This document shows positions 26,407 to 35,918 of a stretch of DNA of 36,345 nt, in pieces (position 1 is the stretch's first letter; each line of letters opens with the position of its first letter). A program made the translations under genes and the position numbers. The notes beneath the pieces were generated by a model. The model ran no database searches and had not been told where the DNA came from. It saw only the letters and a list, made by a program, of their open reading frames with translations. The DNA comes from a virus. Taxonomy: Duplodnaviria > Caudoviricetes. The stretch lies in the IMG/VR virus record IMGVR_UViG_3300017766_001376, positions 1-36,345 of that record. One strand, given 5' to 3'.

Positions 26407-28045
26407 TAAAAAATCAGGATATCTTGGTAATCCCAATCTTAAAGAGATTGGAACACAAATAGAATTTACAAAAGAACAGGTCGAAGAGTACATCAAATGC
26501 TCCAACGATCCTATTTACTTTATTAAAAAATACATTAAAATTGTTACGCTAGATAAAGGTCTTGAGCCGTTTCAGCTTTACGATTATCAAGAAAATATTG
26601 TAGAAACTATTCAAAATAACAGATACGTTATTGCTAAACTTCCACGTCAAACCGGTAAAACAACAACCACAGTTGCGTGGATGGTTCATTATTTAATTTT
26701 TAATCAAAACGTTAATATAGCAATTCTTGCTAATAAATTAAAGACCGCTATGGAAATTATGAAGCGTCTGAAGGAAGCGTATGAGTATCTTCCTAAATGG
26801 TTACAGCATGGTGTGGTTGAATGGAACAAAACATCTATTCAGTTAGAAAATGGTTCACGAGTAATGGCGTCTGCTACTTCTGCTTCCGCTGTTCGCGGTG
26901 GTTCGTTCAACGTTATTTTCTTGGACGAGTTTGCTCACGTTCCGCCTAATGTTGCTGATGAATTTTTTAGTTCAGTGTATCCAACCATTACATCCGGTCA
27001 AACCACCAAGGTTATAATTGTGTCTACTCCTAATGGTTTAAACATGTATTATAGTTTATGGCAGGGAGCCAACAAAAAATCAGGGCAAGAAGGCAAAAAC
27101 GAATACGTACCTATTGAAGTGCACTGGAGTCAGGTTCCCCTATATCCGGGTGGTCCTCTACGAGATCAAAAATGGAAACAAAGAACCATTAAACAATTAG
27201 GTGGCGGGTCTGGTGGAGAACATAAGTTTCAAAGTGAGTATGACTGTGATTTCATCGGATCTTCAAACACTCTGATATCGTCCGCCAAGCTACACGTATT
27301 GTCTGCCAGAAGTCCTTTATATAAAACTAAAGAAGGATTGTGCATATACGAAGAGCCTAGAGACAACAGAGTGTATGTAATGACGGTAGACGTGTCTAGA
27401 GGGCAAGGAAACGATTATAGTGCCATTGTAATGTTTGACATCACGGAAGCTCCATACAAAGTTGTGGCAAAATACAGAAATAATTTGGTGTCTCCTATGT
27501 TGCTTCCAACCATCATATCCGCGTTTGGTAAAAAATATAAAGATGCGTTTGCTCTGATAGAAGTAAACGATATTGGAGGACAGGTAGCAGACATTCTACA
27601 TTACGATTTAGAATACGATAATATTCTTATGAGCACAAATAAAGGGCGTAGTGGTATGGTGCTAAACGGTGGATTTGGTAAAGGAGAAGCCCTTTTTGGT
27701 GTAAGAACCACGGTTACTGTTAAAAAATTGGGGTGCTCTATCTTAAAAAGCCTGATAGAACAAGATAAACTTATCGTGGAAGACGAAGAAATCATTAAAG
27801 AATTGTTATCGTTTGTGGCAAAATATAACACGTTTGGGGCTGATGATGGTCATACCGACGACCTGGTGATGTGCCTGGTTCTTTTTGGATGGTTGACAAA
27901 ACAAAGTTATTTTAAAGAAATTACCAATATTGATATCAGAAAAGAACTATTTGATGGAGAAATTAAAAAAATTGAGGATGACGATTGGTTTAGCTTTGGT
28001 TTTATAAGCAGTTACGATGAGGACGAAAACGACCCCAAACTATAA
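26396..28045 (+). CDS. gp17: Terminase large subunit gp17
   Basis: 'YLGNPNLK', Walker A 'PRQTGKT', Walker B 'IFLDEFAH', 'STPNG', and nuclease motifs 'DVSRGQGNDYS' and 'DDLVM'. Confidence 0.98.
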   Translation: MGYNKKSGYLGNPNLKEIGTQIEFTKEQVEEYIKCSNDPIYFIKKYIKIVTLDKGLEPFQLYDYQENIVETIQNNRYVIAKLPRQTGKTTTTVAWMVHYLIFNQNVNIAILANKLKTAMEIMKRLKEAYEYLPKWLQHGVVEWNKTSIQLENGSRVMASATSASAVRGGSFNVIFLDEFAHVPPNVADEFFSSVYPTITSGQTTKVIIVSTPNGLNMYYSLWQGANKKSGQEGKNEYVPIEVHWSQVPLYPGGPLRDQKWKQRTIKQLGGGSGGEHKFQSEYDCDFIGSSNTLISSAKLHVLSARSPLYKTKEGLCIYEEPRDNRVYVMTVDVSRGQGNDYSAIVMFDITEAPYKVVAKYRNNLVSPMLLPTIISAFGKKYKDAFALIEVNDIGGQVADILHYDLEYDNILMSTNKGRSGMVLNGGFGKGEALFGVRTTVTVKKLGCSILKSLIEQDKLIVEDEEIIKELLSFVAKYNTFGADDGHTDDLVMCLVLFGWLTKQSYFKEITNIDIRKELFDGEIKKIEDDDWFSFGFISSYDEDENDPKL

Positions 28046-28049
28046 AAAT

Positions 28050-28057
28050 CATAAATA
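28050..28057 (+). promoter_or_regulatory. Late promoter variant CATAAATA
   Basis: Intergenic, upstream of the AAGGGGA RBS of the sheath gene. Confidence 0.7.
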
Positions 28058-28078
28058 GTGTTATACTAAGGGGAACAT

Positions 28079-29221
28079 ATGGCATACAATTTTAAAGCAG
28101 GAACCTTATCGACAAATGGTCTAGTAGTGACTTTAGGCGTTACTGCGGAAAAAGAACTTGGTTTAATTCAAATAAATAACGCAAACGATTGGATAAATCG
28201 TTTAAATAAAAATAGCTACACTACCGGACCTACTGGTGCGTGGAAAAGTGAATGGTTATCGGTATATCGATATTTAACTTATACTGATACTGGAACTTGC
28301 TTTATAGGTGGAACCGGCTCTACTGGTTCTTACACCTCCTACAGTCTAACAAATACTCCACTACACAATACCGCCCTAGTAGACATGGACGTGGTGTTTG
28401 ACGCTGGAAACACTTTTTCTGCGGGTGCTGCTAAAAATATTGCTCAATCTAGACAAGATTGCATAGCATTAATCGGTAATAAAAGTGATCTTACTAGCAT
28501 CACATCCACTTATGTTACTTCTGGTGGCATAACCAACGACTTTGGAATAACTGCAAATAATAGCGAATTTACCAGTTTTATTGCTGGCCGACGACAACTA
28601 GATTTAAAAACCATATATGCTGCTTGGAAAAGCGAATATATTATAACCAATTTTAGCGCAGACGTTGCTGGAGTGATGGCAAAAAATTCATATTTAACTG
28701 ACATATCTACCGTTATTGCTGGTATTGGTAGCACAAAAACAATAAACAATGTGATTAATTTGACTCAACAATTAAGTGACACGGATGCACTGAACTTAAA
28801 CAACAATAATATCAACCCAGTTAGACAGTTTGCCGGTCTTGGAACGTATTTAATGGGTAATAAAACCTTTAAAAACGATACCACTTCAGCATTAAACAGT
28901 TTAAGTGTCACACTAACTATAAACTATATCAAGAGAAATCTGAGAACCATTCTATCAGAATACTTGTTTGCTCCAAATAACGCAACCACAAGAAATGCCG
29001 TATCATCAAGAGTTAACAGTTTCTTAAATAATTTGTATATATTTTCTCCAGCTGGTGGCAGTTCATATAGTGTTATATGCGACAGCACAAACAACACAAC
29101 AGCATCCACAGATCTTGTTGTTGATGTTCAATTAACATTGGCAACTGCTGTAACGACAATAACGTTAAATATCGTTAATTCTGAAGACTTAACAACCATA
29201 ACAAGTTATACGGTTAGATAA
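28079..29221 (+). CDS. gp18: Tail sheath protein gp18-like (short and divergent)
   Basis: 'IAQSRQDCIA', 'ADVAGV', 'NINPV...GTYLMGNKT', 'YLFAPNNATTR' and 'VICDSTNNT'; lies between gp17 and gp19. Confidence 0.8.
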   Translation: MAYNFKAGTLSTNGLVVTLGVTAEKELGLIQINNANDWINRLNKNSYTTGPTGAWKSEWLSVYRYLTYTDTGTCFIGGTGSTGSYTSYSLTNTPLHNTALVDMDVVFDAGNTFSAGAAKNIAQSRQDCIALIGNKSDLTSITSTYVTSGGITNDFGITANNSEFTSFIAGRRQLDLKTIYAAWKSEYIITNFSADVAGVMAKNSYLTDISTVIAGIGSTKTINNVINLTQQLSDTDALNLNNNNINPVRQFAGLGTYLMGNKTFKNDTTSALNSLSVTLTINYIKRNLRTILSEYLFAPNNATTRNAVSSRVNSFLNNLYIFSPAGGSSYSVICDSTNNTTASTDLVVDVQLTLATAVTTITLNIVNSEDLTTITSYTVR

Positions 29222-29232
29222 AGGAAGTACAT

Positions 29233-29826
29233 ATGGCAGATTCAATAAATCATTCAATAACAGATTTTATTAATCAATTTAAAGGTGGAACTCGCCTTAA
29301 TCGATTTATTGTTACTGGAAATATAGGTAAAAATACTAGTGGTATTCGAGTAACTCCATTTCATATAAGAAGTGCGTCTATACCAGAAGCCACCACTGCT
29401 CCAATTGGAATTAATTATAGAGGACGATCTGTATCATATTCTGGTGATAGAAGTTATGAACCATGGCAAATTACTGTTCTGGATGACCATTCGGGGGCTG
29501 CAAATGGTTCAGAAAATTTACATAAAGCGTTCCATGATTGGCAGGACCGATTAAATTCTCACACCTATAATACTTCTGATATGGACGGAGTAGATCCCAA
29601 GTCGTTATGGGCCGTTTCTTGGACAGTACAACATCTTAACACAAACTGCAACACCACTTTACCAGGCAGAACATTTACTTTATATAACATTTGGCCAGTC
29701 CAAGTTGGTCCTTTGGCATTGGATATGAGTCAAGACAACACTTTAGCTTCTTTTGCTGTGACACTGGCTTATAGCCACTATACATATGATGGAGCTCCAA
29801 TAAGTAATCCACCTGCTCAAAATTAA
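29233..29826 (+). CDS. gp19: Tail tube protein gp19
   Basis: 'FKGGTRLNRF', 'RGRSVSYSGDRSYEPWQITVLDD', 'IWPVQVG' and 'FAVTLAY'. Confidence 0.93.
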   Translation: MADSINHSITDFINQFKGGTRLNRFIVTGNIGKNTSGIRVTPFHIRSASIPEATTAPIGINYRGRSVSYSGDRSYEPWQITVLDDHSGAANGSENLHKAFHDWQDRLNSHTYNTSDMDGVDPKSLWAVSWTVQHLNTNCNTTLPGRTFTLYNIWPVQVGPLALDMSQDNTLASFAVTLAYSHYTYDGAPISNPPAQN

Positions 29827-29841
29827 TTTTTAGGATAAACT

Positions 29842-31428
29842 ATGGAATTTGAATTATTTGGATATTCAGTCGGCAAAAAGCGCAAAGATGAACTGAGACA
29901 AACCGGCGAGGTTATAACACCTGAAAGTTATGACGGATCTTATCTGTTAGAAACTGGTGGTGTTTTTGGTACATTCGTAGACTTCTCAGGAGCTATCCGC
30001 GACGAAAATGCTATGATCCAGCATTATCGTTCTATGTCTTTGTATCCAGAAGTGGAATCAGCAATCGAAGACATTGTAACAGAAGCTATAGTTTTAGACG
30101 AAGACAGAAAACCAATCAAGCTAAATTTAGACCGAGTAAATCTTTCAGAAACAATTAAAACAAAGATCTACACAGAATATAATTACCTGTTAAAATTGAT
30201 GGATTTTTCTAATAAAGCTCCAGACATTTTTAGACGTTGGTATATTGATTCTAAACTATTTTATTATAAAAAGATTGATAAACACGATATTAAAAAAGGC
30301 ATCGTAGAATTAGTTCCTATTGATCCAATAAAAATTAAAAAAATTAGAAAAGTAGAAAAAGATAAAGCAGTATGGGGTGGAGCTGCTCCTTTCTCTCCTG
30401 TACGAAACATTACAGAGTATTTCTTATACGCAGATACTGATATGGATTCTCCGTTCCCAACATCTAGTGCGGGATGGAAGATTGCTCCGGATACTATTGC
30501 TTACGGCCATTCTGGTATGATTGACTCGGCCACCAAACGTGTGGTTGGTTATTTGCAAAAAGCTGTTAGACCTCTTAACCTGCTTCGTCAAATAGAAGAT
30601 GCAGTGGCAATCTATCGCATCTCTCGTGCACCAGAACGAAGAATTTTTTACGTAGACGTAGGTAATCTTCCCAAACAAAAAGCTGAACAATACTTACGTG
30701 AAATTATGAATCGTTACCGTAATAAAATTACGTTCGATGCCGGAACCGGTCTGATTAAAGACGGCAGAAACCACATGAGTATGTTAGAAGATTTCTGGAT
30801 GCCTCGCCGCGAAGGTGGTAGAGGTACAGAAATTACTACACTAGACGGTGGCCAAAATTTAGGGCAGATGGAAGACGTGATGTATCTGCAACAAAAATTG
30901 TACCGCGCTTTAAGCGTGCCAGTTTCTCGTATGAGCGAGCAAAGCGGATTTAACATGGGCCGATCTGCAGAAATTACTCGGGACGAAGTTAAATTTAATA
31001 AATTCATTGACAGCTTACGTCAACGATTCAGTTCAATTCTGTTAGATATTCTTAAGACTCAAGTACTGCTTAAAGGATTAATGACAGAAGACGATTGGAA
31101 TAAGATTTACGCCGACATTTCTTTCCGATACAATCAAGACTCTTATTTCACTGAATTAAAAACCAATGATATTTTAAGAGAACGATTAGACATTATTGCT
31201 GCTGTCACTCCGTATATTGGTCGTTTCTTCTCTGAAGAGTATGTTCGAAAAACATTACTAAAGCAGTCGGAAGAACAGATGCTTGAAATCAATGCACAAA
31301 TAAATAGAGAACAGCAACGGCAATTAGAAGCCCAAGAGCAACAGATGTACCAACAAATGCTCAGTGGCGAAGAAATGCCGCCTGAAGAAGAACAAGCACC
31401 AGAAGAAGAACAAGGACCACCACAATGA
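29842..31428 (+). CDS. gp20: Portal vertex protein gp20
   Basis: 'IYRISRAPERRIFYVDVGNLPKQKAEQYL', 'MLEDFWMPRREGGRGTEITTL' and 'EITRDEVKF'. Confidence 0.98.
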   Translation: MEFELFGYSVGKKRKDELRQTGEVITPESYDGSYLLETGGVFGTFVDFSGAIRDENAMIQHYRSMSLYPEVESAIEDIVTEAIVLDEDRKPIKLNLDRVNLSETIKTKIYTEYNYLLKLMDFSNKAPDIFRRWYIDSKLFYYKKIDKHDIKKGIVELVPIDPIKIKKIRKVEKDKAVWGGAAPFSPVRNITEYFLYADTDMDSPFPTSSAGWKIAPDTIAYGHSGMIDSATKRVVGYLQKAVRPLNLLRQIEDAVAIYRISRAPERRIFYVDVGNLPKQKAEQYLREIMNRYRNKITFDAGTGLIKDGRNHMSMLEDFWMPRREGGRGTEITTLDGGQNLGQMEDVMYLQQKLYRALSVPVSRMSEQSGFNMGRSAEITRDEVKFNKFIDSLRQRFSSILLDILKTQVLLKGLMTEDDWNKIYADISFRYNQDSYFTELKTNDILRERLDIIAAVTPYIGRFFSEEYVRKTLLKQSEEQMLEINAQINREQQRQLEAQEQQMYQQMLSGEEMPPEEEQAPEEEQGPPQ

Positions 31429-31835
31429 GTACAAGTAAACGATTAATTGAATTTGTTCTTAATGAGCAACCCGATAAATTTAAAACTGTATTAAAAGAAC
31501 AAATTACTGATAGAATGGTGGATTCTATCTATCGTCTTTCGCTACAAGAAAGAAAAGACTTGTTTAAAAATACAATTCAACTTGATAATAAACCAGAATT
31601 ACAAAAAACCACACAAGAAATCGTATCTGAATTTTATCCAGAAGCAAAATATACATTAAAAGACGGAAATATTGGTATTTTAAATTCAGAAGAACGAAAA
31701 AATGTCAGTAAACTCTATGAAAATCTAAATAATGGTAATAAAGAAAGAATGGTAAAACTATTATCTGAATCACAAGAATCTTTTAATAGAGTATTAAAAT
31801 TAGCAAATCTAGAAAGCAAAAAGGATAAACAATGA
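31425..31835 (+). CDS. Putative prohead core protein (gp67/gp68 position)
   Basis: Synteny between portal and protease; ATGA overlaps; the 'KLYENLNNGNKERM' tail resembles small T4-like head proteins. Confidence 0.5.
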   Translation: MSTSKRLIEFVLNEQPDKFKTVLKEQITDRMVDSIYRLSLQERKDLFKNTIQLDNKPELQKTTQEIVSEFYPEAKYTLKDGNIGILNSEERKNVSKLYENLNNGNKERMVKLLSESQESFNRVLKLANLESKKDKQ

Positions 31836-32209
31836 GCAACGAAAAAGTACAGTCTTTCATCCGAATGGTAGTGGAAGAAAATTTAGTGCAAGCCCAAAGT
31901 ACTCTTAAAGGGTATCTAAACGAAAAATTAACTGAAATTCTCAACGAAAAATTTGAAGAATACGCTCCAACTATCTTTGAAGAGAAGGGTGCAAAACCAG
32001 ATTTCTTGGATCTTGACAAAGATGGTAACACAGAAGAGCCAATGAGAGATGCTGCTGCTGATGCAGAAGGAGAAGACGACGATGTGGAAACGGGTGAGGA
32101 GCAACCTGAAGAAGAAGAAGAAGGTGGGTCCGAAGACGAAGACAGCGAGGAAGACGGCGAGGAAGATGAAGAAGAATGCGAAGATTGCGAAGACGAGGAC
32201 GAAGAATGA
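31832..32209 (+). CDS. Acidic prohead core protein (gp67-like) with a DxDxDG loop
   Basis: Very acidic C-terminus; 'KPDFLDLDKDGNTEEPM'; synteny. Confidence 0.55.
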   Translation: MSNEKVQSFIRMVVEENLVQAQSTLKGYLNEKLTEILNEKFEEYAPTIFEEKGAKPDFLDLDKDGNTEEPMRDAAADAEGEDDDVETGEEQPEEEEEGGSEDEDSEEDGEEDEEECEDCEDEDEE

Positions 32210-32850
32210 AACTAATAACGGAAACAATTGAAGAAGTCCAATTTTTGACTGAATCTGATGGTCAAGGAAATAAAACTTATTTCATTGAAGGTCCGTTCAT
32301 GCAAGCGGATACACTAAATCGTAATAAGAGAGTGTATCCTAAAAATATTTTATTAAACGAAGTCAATCGCTACGACCGAGAGTACGTTCAAAACAACCGA
32401 GCTTTCGGTGAATTAAACCATCCAACCGGTCCAACAGTAAATCTGGATCGTGTTTCTCACATCATCAAAGAGTTCCGTGGTGATGGCAGCAACGTTTGGG
32501 GCAAAGCCAAAATCATGGAAACTCCTATGGGCAAAATTGTCAAAAATTTAATTGACGAAGGAGCCAGACTAGGTGTTTCCAGTCGTGGTATGGGTTCACT
32601 AAAACAACGAAACGGTTACAACGAAGTTCAACCCGACTTCATGCTTTCAGCTGTTGATATTGTTGCTGATCCTTCAGCACCAGGTGCTTTCGTAAACGGC
32701 ATCATGGAAGGTAAAGAGTGGATCTGGAATAACGGTATTCTGGAAGAAAAAGCAATTGAAGAGTATCAACGACAAATTAAAAGAGCCAGTAGTCGTAATC
32801 TAGAATCAAAAGCACTAAAATTGTTTGAAGATTTCTTAAAGAGGATCTAA
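32206..32850 (+). CDS. gp21: Prohead protease gp21
   Basis: True start MKLITE at 32206 (ATGA overlap); 'NRNKRVYP', 'GELNHP', 'LGVSSRGMGSL' and 'DIVADPSAPGAFV'. Confidence 0.97.
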   Translation: MKLITETIEEVQFLTESDGQGNKTYFIEGPFMQADTLNRNKRVYPKNILLNEVNRYDREYVQNNRAFGELNHPTGPTVNLDRVSHIIKEFRGDGSNVWGKAKIMETPMGKIVKNLIDEGARLGVSSRGMGSLKQRNGYNEVQPDFMLSAVDIVADPSAPGAFVNGIMEGKEWIWNNGILEEKAIEEYQRQIKRASSRNLESKALKLFEDFLKRI

Positions 32851-32851
32851 C

Positions 32852-34879
32852 ATGCGTACAGGTTTCCGAGATTTACTTCGTCTAAACGAAGCAGTAGAAC
32901 AAGAAGACACAGACAAAAAAGAAAAAACTGCTTTAGAATTACAACAAGACGCAGCAAAATTAAATTTTGATGACGAAACTCGGAAAGCTGCCGAACAAAC
33001 TGGTGGTTACGCTAATCCGTTAGCTGTACCATTTACTGCAGACGATCAAGATCGCTGGGCTAATAAAGCAAAATTAATGGGCACTAATATTAATATTATT
33101 AGATCCCAAGAAATGAATGATAATTTACAAAAACAAAAAGACGAAAAACAACAACAAGAACGTACAGCAGCACGAGCAGAACAGTTAACTAAAGCAACAG
33201 ACTTTGCTAACAAATACAATACCGTATCAAAAAGTTTAGGTTTACCAGAATTACCTTCAGATTATCTTGACCCTAAAACTGGTGCAATTAAAACACCTGC
33301 AAATTACGATTTTGCTATAGCAGATGCAGTGAATAAAATAACAGGTAACAATTTAGATTTTGATAAAATTACAGCAGAACAAGGCAAACAAGATTTAAAA
33401 AGTATTGTTTTAGGTGTTCATGGTGAAAGAATCGCAGGAGCTGAAAAAAATCTTGACGATTTAAAACGATCTGTTGGTAACATGAAAAAACGTTTTGGTA
33501 ATGTAGATTTTAGTGGTGAAGGTGGTGGAAAGTTAAAACTACCAAGCGGCGAAGTGATTGATATAAATGATATAGAAAAAACATTATCAGGCCAAAAAGT
33601 ACCTACAACAGATCTTCCAGAAATTTTTGGAAAGACTAAAGAAACAAGAAAAAATGCACAAGGCGAAGATGAATTAAAACCTTTTCAGGGATTAACAACC
33701 AATAAAGATTTTAATAATACTATAGCGAATGTACGCAGACAAGAACGTGAATTAAAATCATATATTGCTCGATTAGAAAAAGAAGCAAAAGACGAACAGC
33801 GTCATCAAGACGCAATGGGATTTCAGCAAAGAAAGGCAGAAAAAGAAGCAATAAAACAAACAGGAGTGGCTGGTGCCGCTGCCTCTGCTGCTTCTTCTGG
33901 ATCGTGGGGTGGTGGTAGTAAAGCTCCAGCAAGCGTTTCAGCTCCAGCTCCAACAGATCGTAGCACACCAGAAGCAACAAGCAGTCACGACAGAAACGTA
34001 GACGCTGCTGCTGCTGGCGGTGGTGGAATCAGTTCAAGAACTCCACAGACTGCTCCATTTTCTTTTAATGCATTAAAACAAGAACCTAAAACAAACCTAA
34101 CACAAATGGTTGCTCTTGCTCCAGGTGCAGACTTTTTATCCACACAACAACAATTAACTCGTTCTGTTGCTAATCCTTCAACACAAAATGAACCAGATGA
34201 AAATACTAATATTTTTGGTGTCAAGGGCAAAGAAAAGAAAGGTAGCAACAAAGATGTTCGTTACTCTGCTCGTAAAGCAACCCAACAAGGTGTAGCTGTT
34301 GTGGCAGAATCTATTAGATTTGATCGTGGCGATCTGAGTAACATGCTAAATGAAAAATTAAGTGTTGGCACATTACGAAAAATTGCTGGTGCAAAAGCTG
34401 GTGCAAAAGCTGGTGCCAAAGGTTTAGGTAAAGGTTTACTAAACACTGCTGGTGCATTTATGAAATACACCAATCCAGTAGATCGCTTTCCTGTGAATTT
34501 ATATCAAGCAGGTTGGAGTAAAGGTAAAGATTTAAGACAAGCCAGATACTTGTATCAAAATCCTGCGGCATTAGCTGGTCTTGCAACCACAATTGCAGGA
34601 GTAGGCGGAAAAGCTGGGGCAGCATTGCTTGGTTCGCTTTTTGCTGGAACCAACACAGCCCCACTTAAATCATTAGGTGGTCTTGCTGGAAAATTTGGTG
34701 CCGCTTTAGGATTAAACGATCGAGAAGCTCAAGCTGGCATGATACCTCAAATTATGTCTATAATCGGTGATCCAAGGGCAGCTAATATGGATCCGGGTGC
34801 TATTACCGCTAAAAGTGATGAAGAACAACAACAAGATTTTATAAGCACATTATTTGGAAAATCTAAAAAAACTCCATAA
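32852..34879 (+). CDS. Hypothetical 675-aa protein, probable internal head protein
   Basis: Lies between gp21 and gp22; N-terminal 'FRDLLRLNEA'; coiled-coil segments and a Gly/Ala-rich C-terminus. Confidence 0.5.
   Translation: MRTGFRDLLRLNEAVEQEDTDKKEKTALELQQDAAKLNFDDETRKAAEQTGGYANPLAVPFTADDQDRWANKAKLMGTNINIIRSQEMNDNLQKQKDEKQQQERTAARAEQLTKATDFANKYNTVSKSLGLPELPSDYLDPKTGAIKTPANYDFAIADAVNKITGNNLDFDKITAEQGKQDLKSIVLGVHGERIAGAEKNLDDLKRSVGNMKKRFGNVDFSGEGGGKLKLPSGEVIDINDIEKTLSGQKVPTTDLPEIFGKTKETRKNAQGEDELKPFQGLTTNKDFNNTIANVRRQERELKSYIARLEKEAKDEQRHQDAMGFQQRKAEKEAIKQTGVAGAAASAASSGSWGGGSKAPASVSAPAPTDRSTPEATSSHDRNVDAAAAGGGGISSRTPQTAPFSFNALKQEPKTNLTQMVALAPGADFLSTQQQLTRSVANPSTQNEPDENTNIFGVKGKEKKGSNKDVRYSARKATQQGVAVVAESIRFDRGDLSNMLNEKLSVGTLRKIAGAKAGAKAGAKGLGKGLLNTAGAFMKYTNPVDRFPVNLYQAGWSKGKDLRQARYLYQNPAALAGLATTIAGVGGKAGAALLGSLFAGTNTAPLKSLGGLAGKFGAALGLNDREAQAGMIPQIMSIIGDPRAANMDPGAITAKSDEEQQQDFISTLFGKSKKTP
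34385..34420 (+). repeat. Three 12-bp tandem units GCTGGTGC(A/C)AAA encoding AGAK x3
   Basis: Read directly. Confidence 0.85.
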
Positions 34880-34915
34880 ATTAACTAAACGTATTATTTT
34901 TAAAATATCGAAACT

Positions 34916-34923
34916 TATAAATA
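34916..34923 (+). promoter_or_regulatory. T4-type late promoter TATAAATA
   Basis: Exact consensus, intergenic, upstream of the AGGGGA RBS of gp22. Confidence 0.85.
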
Positions 34924-34945
34924 AACTTTGAATTAGGGGAAACAT

Positions 34946-35881
34946 ATGGCAGAACAACAACAACAAATGAAATATCCAACTTTAATCGACGCTAGAACAT
35001 TCACCAAAGATGCTTCAGGCAAAGGTGTGTTCTTAGGCACTGAACAACCACTACCTTACAGCCCACAACAAAACATGGGTACACAAAGACCAGGTGGTGC
35101 TCCAATGGAACCACAAGCTCAACAAGGCGCAGCCAAGATGTCCATGAAAGAAGATCTAGACGGTCTTTTTTCAGGCGAGAATCTTAGCGAAGAATTCAAA
35201 GAGAAAGCTTCTGTAGTATTTGAAGCTGCTCTCAATGAAAAAATTTCCGCTATCCGCGAAGAGCTTATCACCGAAGGTGCTGCTGTCATTCAAGCAGAAG
35301 TAAACGCTGCTGTGGAAGGACTTGCCACTCGTTTAGACGAGTACCTAAACTACGTGGTAGAAGAGTGGATGAAAGAAAACAAGCTAGCTGTAGAGTCTGG
35401 TATTCGTACCGAGATCGCAGAAAGCTTTATGGGCAACCTAAAGAACCTGTTTGAAACTCACTACATCGATGTACCTGAGAACAAACACGACGTTCTTGAA
35501 GATCTGTTTGTAGAAAACAACGAACTAGAAACTGCTCTCAACAAGCAAATTCAAGAAAACATGGCTTACAAGCAAGAGATCGTAAAAGGTCAAGCTCGCT
35601 CAGTCTTCCTAGAAGCCACCAGCGACATGACTCGTGTAGACGCTGAACGTCTTGCTTCTCTTGCAGAGAACATTGACTTCACCGATGCCAACGAATTTGC
35701 TAACAAGGTCGCCATCCTGAAAGAAAATTATCTCAAAGCAGCACCACGTGTTGCCAGAGAAACCGAACAAACCACTTTAACTGAGGGAACTCAATACAGT
35801 GGTCAATCAACTGTAACAGACAGCAATGATCCAATGTCTGTATACATGAGTACGCTGTCTCGTCAACTTAAGAAACTTTAA
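34946..35881 (+). CDS. gp22: Prohead core scaffolding protein gp22
   Basis: 'LSEEFKEKASVVFEAA', 'DEYLNYVVEEWMKENKLAVESGIRTEIAESF', 'KENY' and 'MSVY'. Confidence 0.96.
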   Translation: MAEQQQQMKYPTLIDARTFTKDASGKGVFLGTEQPLPYSPQQNMGTQRPGGAPMEPQAQQGAAKMSMKEDLDGLFSGENLSEEFKEKASVVFEAALNEKISAIREELITEGAAVIQAEVNAAVEGLATRLDEYLNYVVEEWMKENKLAVESGIRTEIAESFMGNLKNLFETHYIDVPENKHDVLEDLFVENNELETALNKQIQENMAYKQEIVKGQARSVFLEATSDMTRVDAERLASLAENIDFTDANEFANKVAILKENYLKAAPRVARETEQTTLTEGTQYSGQSTVTDSNDPMSVYMSTLSRQLKKL

Positions 35882-35918
35882 TTTAAACTTTAACTAAAAA
35901 ATCAAGGAGAAACTAAAA

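Noticed and set aside
26396-31428. Intein, intron or homing endonuclease in terminase, sheath or portal
   Set aside because: Lengths are normal or short. Only tiny inserts (PLYPGGP, GGGSGG) are seen, with no intein, LAGLIDADG, HNH or GIY-YIG motifs.
32176-32205. Arg-rich N-terminus 'MRRLRRRGRR' on gp21
   Set aside because: Alternate-frame reading of the upstream acidic tract; the conserved start is MKLITE at 32206.
34880-34915. Possible terminator hairpin (TATTTTTAAAATA) upstream of gp22
   Set aside because: All-AT stem with no GC pairs or following U tract.
14-35881. Stop-codon reassignment (none of the called genes ends in TAG)
   Set aside because: Conserved genes are intact under the standard code and not interrupted by TAG or TGA. 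TAG rarity is expected in AT-rich phages.
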